Shown here in pieces: positions 1 to 9,846 of a DNA stretch of 32,000 bases; the stretch's first letter is position 1, and each line of letters starts with the position of its first letter. The position numbers and the translations under genes were made by a program. Source of the stretch: Nanoarchaeum equitans Kin4-M (lineage in GTDB: Archaea; Nanobdellota; Nanobdellia; Nanobdellales; Nanoarchaeaceae); the NCBI GenBank assembly GCA_000008085.1, contig AE017199.1, positions 390,001 through 422,000 of the forward strand, read 5' to 3'. Under the pieces are notes generated by a model that saw only the letters and a program-made list of their open reading frames with translations, was not told the origin of the DNA and did not search any database.

Positions 1-1
1 A

Positions 2-1411
2 GGAACATGTTACAACAATAATGGTATTATAGTAGAAGAAGACTTCTGGCAAAATTCTGAAGACCCAACTGCTCACCATTTCTCAATAGACTACAACCAT
101 GTGCATAATATCGTATCCTGGGTTGATTTGGGAAGCTTCATAGATGGCAATAGAACAATGGTTATAAAAATAAAACCCAGTTCAAGAGTTAGAGTAGATG
201 CGGCTTTGTATTATAATGATAATTGGTATAATATTAGTGCCGAATTGGATAAACCAAATGGAGATGCTATAACATTTTCTGCTGCCACTGGAGGAGAAAT
301 TTCAAAAGTATACCTAAAGAAAATCGCTATACTAAGAAATGACGATGTTTCAGTTAGTACTTCAATTATTAAGCAACCCGACAATGTTAACTTTGATTAC
401 CAAATGAATACCACGCTATATACATTCTCTTCTAAATGGGATAGGTTTACTGTAACATTTAATGAATACAGCTCCCTCTATAGATTGGTAAATGACGATA
501 GTTTAAACATTGCCCCGGGCTGTGTTATGCATTTATATGGATGCAATGACCCATCTTCAATAAAAGTGGGTAAAACAATATTTAAAGTGAAAAACGGGGA
601 TTATATTAGAATACCATGGGGCACTGAGCCCAGCGATGAACCTAATTCTATTTACGACTATTATATAGATGGTAACAACTTCTTTGATTTAGTAAGTATA
701 TACGATCTTTCCTGCCCTAGCTCTCCAAAATGTTGGAACAACCCAGCAAGCTATTGTGAAAAAAGAAGAGATAACATATATCCTACATATTGGAATAGCT
801 ATGTAACTTATGTAAATATAAGAAGCAACGGCAATTGTGGTACTGCTATAAATAATAAGACAACTTATTGGGTTTGCGGAGAAATAATAAAATTCCCATT
901 TGGTTTGGGAGATTATGAAGAAATCGATTTAAGTTATAGGGCCAAAGAGTATAGATGGAATTCTAATTTTGTATGGTATTTCCCAGGAAAAGAAGTTGCA
1001 GGTTTTGTGGCTTGGAACAACCATAATATAAGGGTTGGCGATATAGATAGTGGGGTACCACATAGCAACATCCGCTATATACAATACTATATTAAATACA
1101 AGAACAATATATTGAGCGTTAGCACATCGCACGGGTTGCCTACTTTTAGCAAATATTATACAGGTAATTTAGATAGACTATATCTAAGAACTGGTACTCA
1201 TATGTGTTCAAGTGAAAGCGGTAGAAACTGGTGGTATATATTCTTTGTTGCAAAAAGGAAAATTGGGGACATAAAAAGTGAAAAACAAGCGCCATTAGTA
1301 TACAAAGTTAAAGTAGGCGGTACTATAGAAGGGGACAAAGATTATGTCAAAAAAATGATAGAAAAATACAAAAACTATGTAAAAAACATAAAAGTATATG
1401 TAGATATCTAG
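2..1411 (+). CDS. Hypothetical exported/surface protein, 5'-truncated by window edge (frame is open from position 2; the listed start at 101 is a GTG)
   Basis: Open frame from window start to TAG at 1411; upstream codons read ...DFWQNSEDPTAHHFSIDYNHVHN without a stop; Tyr/Asn/Ser-rich secreted-like composition. Confidence 0.7.
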   Translation, partial: GTCYNNNGIIVEEDFWQNSEDPTAHHFSIDYNHVHNIVSWVDLGSFIDGNRTMVIKIKPSSRVRVDAALYYNDNWYNISAELDKPNGDAITFSAATGGEISKVYLKKIAILRNDDVSVSTSIIKQPDNVNFDYQMNTTLYTFSSKWDRFTVTFNEYSSLYRLVNDDSLNIAPGCVMHLYGCNDPSSIKVGKTIFKVKNGDYIRIPWGTEPSDEPNSIYDYYIDGNNFFDLVSIYDLSCPSSPKCWNNPASYCEKRRDNIYPTYWNSYVTYVNIRSNGNCGTAINNKTTYWVCGEIIKFPFGLGDYEEIDLSYRAKEYRWNSNFVWYFPGKEVAGFVAWNNHNIRVGDIDSGVPHSNIRYIQYYIKYKNNILSVSTSHGLPTFSKYYTGNLDRLYLRTGTHMCSSESGRNWWYIFFVAKRKIGDIKSEKQAPLVYKVKVGGTIEGDKDYVKKMIEKYKNYVKNIKVYVDI

Positions 1412-1950
1412 TCTTCTTCAAAAATTTGTCCTTCGAAAACATATACTTCGGTTTTTGGGTCTAACCAACAATCCATTGGTAAGCCTGCTTTTAAGCAGCC
1501 ATAGGATAAAAACTCTTTAGCGTCCCAACCTTCTTCTATAGGAACTTGGGGCAATAATAAACCGGAATATGGGCCCCTTTTAATTATTATACCATGTTTG
1601 CCGATTTTTATTTTTTCCAAATACTCTAATGGGTTATTAACTATTAACTTTCTTGGAGGGGTTAAAACAGTAACCTCAAATTTCACATTATCTAACTCTT
1701 CTTTTTGTAATGGTGGAAACCTTGGATCTTCAAAAGCGGCCATTAAAGCGCTGTATTTTAGGGATTGCCATAGAGGGTATATTGGATATGGTATCCCCAT
1801 ACAACCTCTTAATTGGTTGTCCAAAGTTTTTATCGTTGTAAACGCACCAGCTTTATAGTTTAGTTTTTCTTTTATTTCATCGGGTATTTCGTAATCTTTA
1901 CCTTCTAAAGCGTATTCAACTATTTTTCTCGCTATCTTCGCTAGGTTCAT
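1408..1950 (-). CDS. AMMECR1-domain protein
   Basis: LRGCMG motif and overall AMMECR1 pattern; TTTAAA at 1971-1976 lies exactly 20 nt upstream of the start codon. Confidence 0.85.
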   Translation of the reverse strand: MNLAKIARKIVEYALEGKDYEIPDEIKEKLNYKAGAFTTIKTLDNQLRGCMGIPYPIYPLWQSLKYSALMAAFEDPRFPPLQKEELDNVKFEVTVLTPPRKLIVNNPLEYLEKIKIGKHGIIIKRGPYSGLLLPQVPIEEGWDAKEFLSYGCLKAGLPMDCWLDPKTEVYVFEGQIFEED

Positions 1951-2470
1951 TGTTTTTATTGTCTCCCATATTTAAAGATCTTTTAAGACCATAATAAGCT
2001 TTTGCTTCTTTTAATATTTCTTTAACAAAATCATCACACACTTCAAATATTTTATTTTTGTGCTCTTCTATTTTCAGTTTCGCTGTAATCAAATCGCTAA
2101 CCATTTTTATTATATCTATAAGCTTTGGGTTCTCCTTTGTTTCTTCTTTTATATCTATAACCAAATTTTTACAAGCAATATTTATAGAACCCCAATCGAC
2201 ATCAATATTATTTTGTTTAATTCTATCAAAATTAAATTCGAAAGAAATAGAAAATTTATATGTATGTATGTCATCAGCTTTTTTACTACAATCTAAATTG
2301 AAACTTATATTCTTCTTTCCATTCTCTAATTTTTCAGTATACTCTTTTAATTGTACATCAATTTTTTTGTTTTTGGCAATCTCAAAAATTTTATCAAAAA
2401 TTTGTTGGAATATAAAAGGGCCTTCATAATTATATTTTCTACCCTCCAAGCTTACCAATAAGGTAGCCAT
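1916..2470 (-). CDS. Hypothetical protein; start probably 2470 (MATLLVSLEG...) rather than 2485
   Basis: 189-aa ORF in track; a TTTATAA box (2491-2497) is correctly spaced for a leaderless start at 2470. Confidence 0.65.
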   Translation of the reverse strand: MATLLVSLEGRKYNYEGPFIFQQIFDKIFEIAKNKKIDVQLKEYTEKLENGKKNISFNLDCSKKADDIHTYKFSISFEFNFDRIKQNNIDVDWGSINIACKNLVIDIKEETKENPKLIDIIKMVSDLITAKLKIEEHKNKIFEVCDDFVKEILKEAKAYYGLKRSLNMGDNKNNEPSEDSEKNS

Positions 2471-2550
2471 AAAGAAATGTTGCACTGTGGTTTATAACTA
2501 TTTTGTAAGGGATACATAAGCCTATTAATGATCAATGATCAAAACTTAAT

Positions 2551-3300
2551 ATGTTCAGAAGGAGCATAACCCCAATTATTGCAGTAGTAATGATGTTAAT
2601 GATGACTGTGATGGCTGCAGGTGCGGTATTTACATGGTATCAACAATTCCAACAACAACAATTACAAAAGGTAACAAAAAGCGCTGCTGCTTTAGCTAAA
2701 AACATAGCCTTCGCGGTTAATGAAGCTAGGTGGAATAACAAATATGGGGAATCCAAAGAATTCGATACAAATGGCGATAATACCAACGATCTAAAAGTAA
2801 CATATGTAACATTCCAATTCACAATTACTAATTCTGGAGATGATATGGATTTGAACTCTAAAAACCCATTAGCCTTTGCTGCGTTGTCTGAATTAACTAC
2901 AGGTACTCCAATAGTACAAAGCTCTCCAGGTGTTTTAGTAGTTGACAAAACTAATAGCTTAAATGTTTACCCAACAAACCTTAATTTTGCTAATAACAAA
3001 GTTGATTTGACTACCCCATCCAATGAGCAAGTAACAATAGTAGATGTAGGAAATAATGCATTAACAAACCCATTAGTATGTTATAGGGTTGTAACCACAG
3101 AATTAAACCATCCAATAAATATAGTTGCATCTGGAGAAACAGCGAGGTTTAACTGTATGGCTGTAATTAAGGTTGAAACATCTACAGATGGAACTACTTG
3201 GAATGCAGTAGATTACTCTCCAAAAGGTTATGATGCAACCAAAGATTACAATATAGAAGTCCATTATGGTGCAGTAACACAAGTGGCACAAATTCAATAA
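2551..3300 (+). CDS. Archaeal type IV pilin/archaellin-like protein
   Basis: N-terminus MFRRSITPIIAVVMMLMMTVMAAGAVFTWYQQFQQQQ: short basic leader plus hydrophobic class III signal-like segment. Confidence 0.7.
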   Translation: MFRRSITPIIAVVMMLMMTVMAAGAVFTWYQQFQQQQLQKVTKSAAALAKNIAFAVNEARWNNKYGESKEFDTNGDNTNDLKVTYVTFQFTITNSGDDMDLNSKNPLAFAALSELTTGTPIVQSSPGVLVVDKTNSLNVYPTNLNFANNKVDLTTPSNEQVTIVDVGNNALTNPLVCYRVVTTELNHPINIVASGETARFNCMAVIKVETSTDGTTWNAVDYSPKGYDATKDYNIEVHYGAVTQVAQIQ

Positions 3301-3309
3301 ATTCTTTGA

Positions 3310-3882
3310 ATGAAATCTCAGTCACATTTAATTGAGTTTGTTTTGGTTATTGGGATAGCTTTAGCGGGTTTGTCTTCAGCATTAATGTGGGCCAAACCTT
3401 TATGGAATAAATCTTTTTCGAAAACCAAATATTTAAAATTCGTTGATAGCGCAAAAGAGATATACAAAGCCTTAATTAACATTGATAAAATAAAGGAAAA
3501 AACATTTAACATAGAATATGATAAGCTTTATGCTAACGAAACCTTTATGGAAATCTCGATAAAAGGGAACTTTTTTAAGGGTATTATGGGTTATTGGTTT
3601 CCTTTAGTTGAAGGCATCTATGGGGTTAACCCTATAAATGGAAAACTAGAGACAAACCAAACCCAATATTTGGTTTTACCTTATATTAAAATTACTCCGA
3701 ACGAGGTTAAGGTTAGATATTATTTCCCTTATGCTAAAAAATCCGATAAATTATGCTATAAACTATTACCCCAAGAAACGATCAAAACGAATGGGAATAG
3801 CATAACCATTCGAGTTATGGATGTACAATACAAAAACGAACCTTGCCCTGTTACGATAGTTTACACATTATATATTGCATAA
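3310..3882 (+). CDS. Hypothetical membrane-anchored, pilin-operon-like protein
   Basis: Follows pilin-like gene by 9 bp; single N-terminal hydrophobic helix and extracellular-type domain. Confidence 0.6.
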   Translation: MKSQSHLIEFVLVIGIALAGLSSALMWAKPLWNKSFSKTKYLKFVDSAKEIYKALINIDKIKEKTFNIEYDKLYANETFMEISIKGNFFKGIMGYWFPLVEGIYGVNPINGKLETNQTQYLVLPYIKITPNEVKVRYYFPYAKKSDKLCYKLLPQETIKTNGNSITIRVMDVQYKNEPCPVTIVYTLYIA

Positions 3883-3887
3883 AGGTT

Positions 3888-3893
3888 TTTAAA
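3888..3893 (+). promoter_or_regulatory. TATA box (TTTAAA) of the 23S rRNA gene; predicted +1 at 3914
   Basis: GGTTTTTAAATCC; the N20 spacing rule seen elsewhere in the window predicts initiation at 3914. Confidence 0.6.
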
Positions 3894-3966
3894 TCCTACT
3901 CAAGACATTACCAAATCTTATGACCTCGGGGAGTAATTCCCCGAGCGAGGCTGATGCTTAAGATGA

Positions 3967-3988
3967 GGCCACCACCGTCCGCAGGACC
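3967..3988 (+). repeat. 5' arm of perfect 22-bp pre-23S processing stem
   Basis: GGCCACCACCGTCCGCAGGACC is the exact reverse complement of 6957-6978. Confidence 0.9.
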
Positions 3989-6956
3989 GCTGACCCCGCC
4001 CGGTGGATGCCTGGGCTCGGGAGCCGAAGAAGGGCGTGGCAAGCTGCGATAAGCCAGGGGGAGGCGCACGCAGCCGTTGATCCCTGGATCCCCGAATGGG
4101 ACCTCCTGCCCGGGGGTTAACCCCGGGCGCCCCGATAAGGGGCGGGAACGCGGGGAAGTGAAACATCTCAGTACCCGCAGGAAAAGAAAGAGAAATTCGA
4201 TGGCGGGAGTAGGGGCGACCGAAACCGCCGTAGCCCAAACTGAATCCCGTAGGGAAACCTACGGGAGATGTGGGGTTGTTGGGGGTGGCGGCTTTCCCTC
4301 CCGCGGGAACCCGAACTCCGGTGGAAGTCCGGGGCCGTAGAGGGTGACAGCCCCGTAGGGGTAACCGCGGAGGGAGTGCCGCCACTTCCAGAGTACCGCG
4401 CCTCGGATATGGCGCGGGAAGCTGGGGGACACACGCCCCCAAGGCTAAATACTCCCCGAGTCCGATAGCGGACTAGTAGGGTGACCGAAAGGTGAAAGAG
4501 AACCCGTGGAAGGGAGTGAAAAAGAGCCTGAAACCGGGCGGGGATAGTCAGGTGGGGCCGGTTAAGCCCCCGGGCAAGGAACCCCCGGCGACGGGGTAGT
4601 ACTTGCCCGGGGGCTAGCCGGTTCCACCGTACGTTCGGGAGCACGTGCGGGGGAGTGTGCCCGAGTGGCGAGGTTAAGGGGATAAACCCCGAAGCCGTAG
4701 GGAAACCGAAGGCCCGCAGCCCTTATGGGCGAGGGGCCGCGTCCTATACGGGCGTAAGTCACTCGGGCACGACCAGAAGCCCGGCGATCTACCCCGGGGC
4801 AGGGTGAAGCGGGGTTTTTCCCCGTGGAGGCCCGAAGGGGTGGTGGCCTATCCCCTCCTCTGACCCCGGGGTAGGGGCGATATACCAATCGAGCCGGGTG
4901 ATAGCTGGTTCCCGCCGAAATGGGCTGCAGTCCAGCCTCGGCGGAGGCACCCTCGGGTGTAGAGCGACGGATTCCCGTGGCAAGGGGGTTAACCCCACCA
5001 CGGGAGTCCAACTCCGAAGCCCGAGGGGCCGTAGATGCCGGGAGACGGGGGCGGCGGATAAGCCGCCGTTCCGAGACGGGAACAACCGAGACCGGGGTTA
5101 AGGCCCCTAAGTGCCGGCTAAGTGGCTGGAAGGGTGTCCGCTCCCTAAGACACCGGGGATGTGGGACTAGTAGTGTCCATCATCTAAGGAGTGTGCAACA
5201 ACTCACCCGGCGAGGGAGCGGGCCCCGCAGATGGACGGGCCTAAGCCGGCCGCCGAGACCCCGGGCCGGGGATCCGATGGATCCCCGTGCGGTAGGCGGG
5301 CGTCCCGGTGGCCTAGAAGGCGGGCCGTGAGGTCCGCTGGAGCCGCCGGGAATGAGAATCCCCGCGTGAGTAGGAGCAAAGAGGGGTGAGAAGCCCCTCC
5401 GCCGAAAGGGAAAAGGGTTCCCTGGCAATGACCATCAGCCAGGGGTGAGTCGGTCCTAAGGCCGGCGGTAACTCCGCTCGGCCGAAAGGGAAAGGGGTTA
5501 ATATTCCCCTACCGCCCGGGTAGGCGCGGCAACGCCAAGCCCTACTCCCGACGCCTGGGGCTAGGCCGACCGCGGATTTCCCGCGGCCAACCGGGATAGG
5601 GCCGGGGAGTGCCATTATGGCGAGAACCGGCCTAAACCCGGGACGGGGCCCCCGTATGGGGGCTTCGGCCGAGGCCCTGGGCCCATGAAAAGGGAGTAGG
5701 GAACGATCCCGGGCGACCGTACCGAGAACCGTGACAGGTTCCCTGGGTGAGCAGCCTAAGGCGGTGGGGTATAACCTGGCCGAGGGAAATCGGCAAATTG
5801 GCCCCGTATCTTCGGTAGAAGGGGTGCCTGCGGTCGTGGGGTAATCCTGCGACCGCAGGTCGCAGTGACAAGGGCGGGCCGACTGTTTACTAAAAACATA
5901 GCCTCCGGCAAGCCCGAAAGGGTGTGTACCGGAGGTGACGCCTGCCCAGTGCCGGTACCTGAACCCCCCGTCCAAGGGGGCTAAGGGCCGGTAAACGGCG
6001 GGAGTAACTGTAACTCTCTTAAGGTAGCGTAGTCCCTTGCCGGTTAAATGCCGGCTCTGCGAACGGCGTAACGAGCTCGCCACTGTCCTCGGCCAGGGCC
6101 CCCTGAAAACGCCGTTCCCGTGGATAGGCGGGAGAGGCCCGGTGGGAAGAGAAGACCCCGTGAAGCTTAACCGCAGCCTGTCGTTGCCCCGTTGTCCCCC
6201 ACGCTCAGCGTAGCGGGGAGCGATGAACCGGCCCCTCCGGGGGTCGGGGATGCGCCCATGAGACACCCGCCGTGGGGGACAACGGGGCTAACCCCGAAAG
6301 GGGGACAGCGGCAGGTGGGCGGTTTGGCTGGGGCGGCACACCGCCGAAAAGATATCGGCGGTGCCCAAAGGTCGGCTCAGGCGGGTCAGAAATCCGCCGT
6401 AGAGTGCAAGGGCAAAAGCCGGCCTGACACGGCCCTTTACAAGGGGCCGTGGCGGGAAACCGCGGCCTAGCGAACCCCGGTAGCCCCCGTGTGGGGCTTC
6501 GGGACGACGGAAAAGCTACTCCGGGGGTAACAGCTTGGTCGCGGGCGAAAGTTCCCATCGACCCCGCGGTTTGAGACCTCGATGTCGGCTCTTCTCACCC
6601 TGGCCGTGCAGCAGCGGCCAAGGGTGGGGGTGTTCACCCATTAAAGAGGAACGTGAGCTGGGTTTAGTACGCCGCGAGGCAGTGTGGATTCTATCTACCG
6701 GGCCTGTTCGGCGGCTGAGGGGAAGGACGGCCTAGTACGAAAGGAACGGCCGTCCGGCGCCTCTAGTCGACGGGGTGTCCGTATGGGCAGCCCCGGCAGC
6801 CACGCGCTAGGGGGTAAGGGCTGAATGCATCTAAGCCCGAACCCCTCCCCGAAAAGAGCCGCCGATCCCCCTCGGGTAGAAGACCCGGTTGATGGGGGGG
6901 CGGTGGAAGCCCCGAGGGTTTCCGAGGGGCGAGCCGGCCCCTCCCAATCGGGGGGT
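3989..6956 (+). rRNA. rrl: 23S ribosomal RNA (approximate mature ends)
   Basis: High-GC block with universal motifs CTCTCTTAAGGTAGCG, GACCCCGTGAAGCTT, GGGGGTAACAG, GACCTCGATGTCGGCTC, AGTACGAAAGGAAC; bounded by a perfect inverted repeat. Confidence 0.96.
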
Positions 6957-6978
6957 GGTCCTGCGGACGGTGGTGGCC
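6957..6978 (+). repeat. 3' arm of perfect 22-bp pre-23S processing stem
   Basis: GGTCCTGCGGACGGTGGTGGCC. Confidence 0.9.
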
Positions 6979-7015
6979 GAGATAAAATATTTAAACACTT
7001 CTTTTATCAATTCTA

Positions 7016-7426
7016 GTGAAACATCTAGTTGTATCTGCTAAAAGAAAAACATCAATAGCCAGAGCATACTTTAGAGAAGGCAATGGAATAATAAGAATCA
7101 ATGGATTTTTATTAGAAGTATGGCAAAACCCATTAGCAAGAGCAAGAGTAAAAGAGCCCTTAATAATAGCAGAAAACATTATTCCAGGAATAACTAAAGA
7201 GATTGATATTAATGTTAATGTATTTGGTGGAGGATGGCATTCTCAAACCGAAGCAGTGAGGCAAGCAATCGCTAGGGGTTTAGTAGTATGGACAGGTAGC
7301 GATCAATTAAAGAAAGCTTTCTTAGAATATGATAATTGGTTATTAGTTAACGACCCAAGAAGGAAAGAACAAAACAAATCCCTTAGATCTAAGCCAAGGG
7401 CTTGGAGACAAACTTCTTACAGATGA
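7016..7426 (+). CDS. rps9: 30S ribosomal protein S9 (uS9), GTG start
   Basis: GGGWHSQTEAVRQAIARGLV and C-terminal RAWRQTSYR; TTTAAA at 6990-6995 exactly 20 nt upstream. Confidence 0.93.
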   Translation: MKHLVVSAKRKTSIARAYFREGNGIIRINGFLLEVWQNPLARARVKEPLIIAENIIPGITKEIDINVNVFGGGWHSQTEAVRQAIARGLVVWTGSDQLKKAFLEYDNWLLVNDPRRKEQNKSLRSKPRAWRQTSYR

Positions 7427-7779
7427 AGGCAATAAATTATACTATCGTTTCCTTTGTATTATTGGTAACAATTGGTTTAGCACTATTATACCAACTAACA
7501 CCCATATTTAATTTAAGCAAATATGAGAAAAAGGAATGTCTAATAGATATAAAGAAGTTCTCTGTTTTAGGTAACCAATTGAACATAAATTTGGATTATA
7601 ACAAATATTGCTATAGGTTTGACATAGCTATAAAAAACAACAAAAAAACATTATGCACTTTTACAGAGGTCCCTAAAAATGTTATAACCTTAACTCTTAA
7701 TAATTGCAACCTAACTCATGGCAAACAATATATATTATCTATAAACGGAAAAGATCTGACAACTTTCTATTACCCTTAA
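7423..7779 (+). CDS. Small membrane-anchored secreted protein (start MKAINYTIVSF...)
   Basis: ATG at 7423 overlaps the rps9 stop; N-terminal hydrophobic helix; Cys pairs in the exported part. Confidence 0.55.
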   Translation: MKAINYTIVSFVLLVTIGLALLYQLTPIFNLSKYEKKECLIDIKKFSVLGNQLNINLDYNKYCYRFDIAIKNNKKTLCTFTEVPKNVITLTLNNCNLTHGKQYILSINGKDLTTFYYP

Positions 7780-8209
7780 TATAAAATATGAACATAAATG
7801 GCACAATAATATAACTAAAGGCAAACCAACTTATTGTATGCATAGTATTAACAATATCGCAAGGCATATAAGATATTACAATTACCCTTACTAAATTAAT
7901 CACAAATATTAGTAGAGAATAAAAAACGAACTTTTTTGCATAAAATTTTTTGTATGCTAATGCATAGGCCACAACCAATATAGCAAAAGAGACAACATTT
8001 TTTATCCCAAGGCAGTCATATGTTATATCGATTATACATCTATTATTTATTATCGCACTATAATGTGTTGGCCTCCCAAAGCTTATTAGTTTTGCAAAAA
8101 CAGATCTATCTATTGGTAGCTCTATATATAATAAAGGAGATAGAGCTAATACAATAAGGAAAAAGTATAGCTTAGAATTTCCATTCAAAAGGTTTTGGTT
8201 TCCTTTCAA
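7739..8209 (-). CDS. Exosortase/archaeosortase family-like membrane protein (156 aa)
   Basis: Polytopic membrane protein with ordered Cys (DCLGIKN), Arg (INLVRVIVI) and His (MHTISW) motifs as in archaeosortases. Confidence 0.6.
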   Translation of the reverse strand: MKGNQNLLNGNSKLYFFLIVLALSPLLYIELPIDRSVFAKLISFGRPTHYSAIINNRCIIDITYDCLGIKNVVSFAILVVAYALAYKKFYAKKFVFYSLLIFVINLVRVIVISYMPCDIVNTMHTISWFAFSYIIVPFMFIFYIKGNRKLSDLFRL

Positions 8210-8666
8210 TTGGTTTTTCTATTGTAGGAGTAGGTGGCTCGATTGGTTGTGGTTTACTAACAAGGCTCTCCCTTATTTCAGATAAGCTTTTGTTTAATGT
8301 TCTTATACTATTAGCCAAATCCGCGATGCTTGCTTTTATCTCTTCAAACTCTTGTTGCATTGTTTTTATTTGTTTTTCTAAATTAGAAACATCTGGAGCA
8401 ACAGTTTCTTTAGCCGCTTCCTCCATTAAACTAATTAGATTATCTATTCTTTTTACTAAATCATTAATACCAACTATTAATTCGGAAACTTTAGCATTTA
8501 GTTCTAGGTTTACTTTGACTAAAGAGGACACCATTTGTTGGTTGGCTTTAGCAAAGTCTAATACTTCTTTTATTACTTCTTTGGATTCTTCCCTTTCTTT
8601 TTTAAGCTTTTCAATTTCTTGCATTATTTTTTGTATTGGGTCTGGCACTATTTCATATTCATCCAT
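8172..8666 (-). CDS. Coiled-coil protein
   Basis: Long charged heptad-like region and Pro-rich C-terminus; overlaps the archaeosortase-like gene. Confidence 0.7.
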   Translation of the reverse strand: MDEYEIVPDPIQKIMQEIEKLKKEREESKEVIKEVLDFAKANQQMVSSLVKVNLELNAKVSELIVGINDLVKRIDNLISLMEEAAKETVAPDVSNLEKQIKTMQQEFEEIKASIADLANSIRTLNKSLSEIRESLVSKPQPIEPPTPTIEKPIERKPKPFEWKF

Positions 8667-8718
8667 AGATAAGGGTGTTCTCTTTAAATAAAAACAATCT
8701 TGAATAACTAATTAGTAA

Positions 8719-9279
8719 TTAAAGAGCTAATGGCTTTCCAGATTTTACTTCAACTATTTCTTCCCTATATCTCCAAGGTAACTTGGATCTTGCTACTTGT
8801 AAAAAATATTTTATGTCTTTTGCTTTTGTTATATCATCGAAAAATATTGATAATAGCTTTTCTCCTTCATATATTTGGACAGCCCTTCCTTTTGGTCTGC
8901 CAAAGCTTAATCTCATACCTTGACTAATTCTGTCTGCTCCAGCATAACCACCCACCACTGGTTTTTCCCTGTATATGTGGTGGGGGTATTTCCTTATTAT
9001 AAATAGATACCTCTTTTTACCTAAAGTGCTTTCCAAATATTTGTTAACCATAACTCTTATAGCTTCTATTGCGTTATCCCTAATTTGATGGTTTTCTTTA
9101 GCTACTAAAGATGCTTCATATTGCCATTCGCTTGGATTTCTGGTTAGCTCTCCCATATGGAATAACCTAACCATTGTGGGTTTTGCCCCAGGTATATAGT
9201 TTTTGTTTTTAGATCTTGATACCCTAGTATAAGGGACTTCCAATTTTCTATAGCAGTGCCATCTCCTTAGGCGCGCCAT
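8719..9279 (-). CDS. rpl10e: 50S ribosomal protein uL16 (archaeal L10e)
   Basis: MARLRRWHCYRKLEVPYTRVSRSKNKNYIPGAKP, RISQGMRLSFGRPKGRA. Confidence 0.95.
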   Translation of the reverse strand: MARLRRWHCYRKLEVPYTRVSRSKNKNYIPGAKPTMVRLFHMGELTRNPSEWQYEASLVAKENHQIRDNAIEAIRVMVNKYLESTLGKKRYLFIIRKYPHHIYREKPVVGGYAGADRISQGMRLSFGRPKGRAVQIYEGEKLLSIFFDDITKAKDIKYFLQVARSKLPWRYREEIVEVKSGKPLAL

Positions 9280-9327
9280 CGAGTTAAAATAAAAAAGCTT
9301 TTATAAATAAATAACATATTCGCTTAT

Positions 9328-9840
9328 ATGCTATTATATTTAGTTAACTTCCAATCTATGTGGGCAAACTATGTTTTAGAATTATTAAAAGATGCTTTTG
9401 CATTTAAAATAAAAGCGAAAGAATTAGATATACCTTTAGCAGCATACAACCCATTTAGAAAACAATTTAGCGCCCAACTATTATTGGATTACGTTGTAGA
9501 AAGATATAAAGATGGGTTAGTGTTTGCTATAATTGATGAAGACATATACGATAGCAATTATAATTTTGTTTTCGGTTTAGCTTATCCCTTTAGAGGGGCA
9601 ATAGTTTCTACCTATAGACTAAAAAACTTCGAAAGAATTAAAAAAGAGGTTTTACATGAAATGGGGCATGTTTTTGGGTTAGGGCATTGTAATAACTATT
9701 GTGTAATGCGCTTCTCTAATTCGGTTTTTGAAGTAGATGAAAAGCCCGATAAATATTGCGAAAATTGCTATAGGGAAATTTTAAACAATGGATTTTATGT
9801 TAATCCCAAATATGTCATTTTTAAAGAAAATTATAACTAA
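9328..9840 (+). CDS. amzA: Archaemetzincin family zinc metalloprotease
   Basis: HEMGHVFGLGHCNNYCVMRFSNSVFEVDEKPDKYCENC matches HExxHxxGxxHC...CxxC signature. Confidence 0.9.
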   Translation: MLLYLVNFQSMWANYVLELLKDAFAFKIKAKELDIPLAAYNPFRKQFSAQLLLDYVVERYKDGLVFAIIDEDIYDSNYNFVFGLAYPFRGAIVSTYRLKNFERIKKEVLHEMGHVFGLGHCNNYCVMRFSNSVFEVDEKPDKYCENCYREILNNGFYVNPKYVIFKENYN

Positions 9841-9846
9841 ACTTTA

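Noticed and set aside
1598-1858. Forward ORF of 86 aa opposite AMMECR1, and other small ORFs opposite assigned genes
   Set aside because: The opposite strand carries a recognisable protein family; no independent support for these ORFs.
3946-3996. C/D-box-like words (CTGATGC...GCTGA) in the 23S leader
   Set aside because: No proper box C (RTGATGA); most of the interval is occupied by the processing stem.
3918-6992. ORFs of 60-317 aa on both strands within this block
   Set aside because: They lie in the 23S rRNA gene and are random open frames in high-GC structured RNA.
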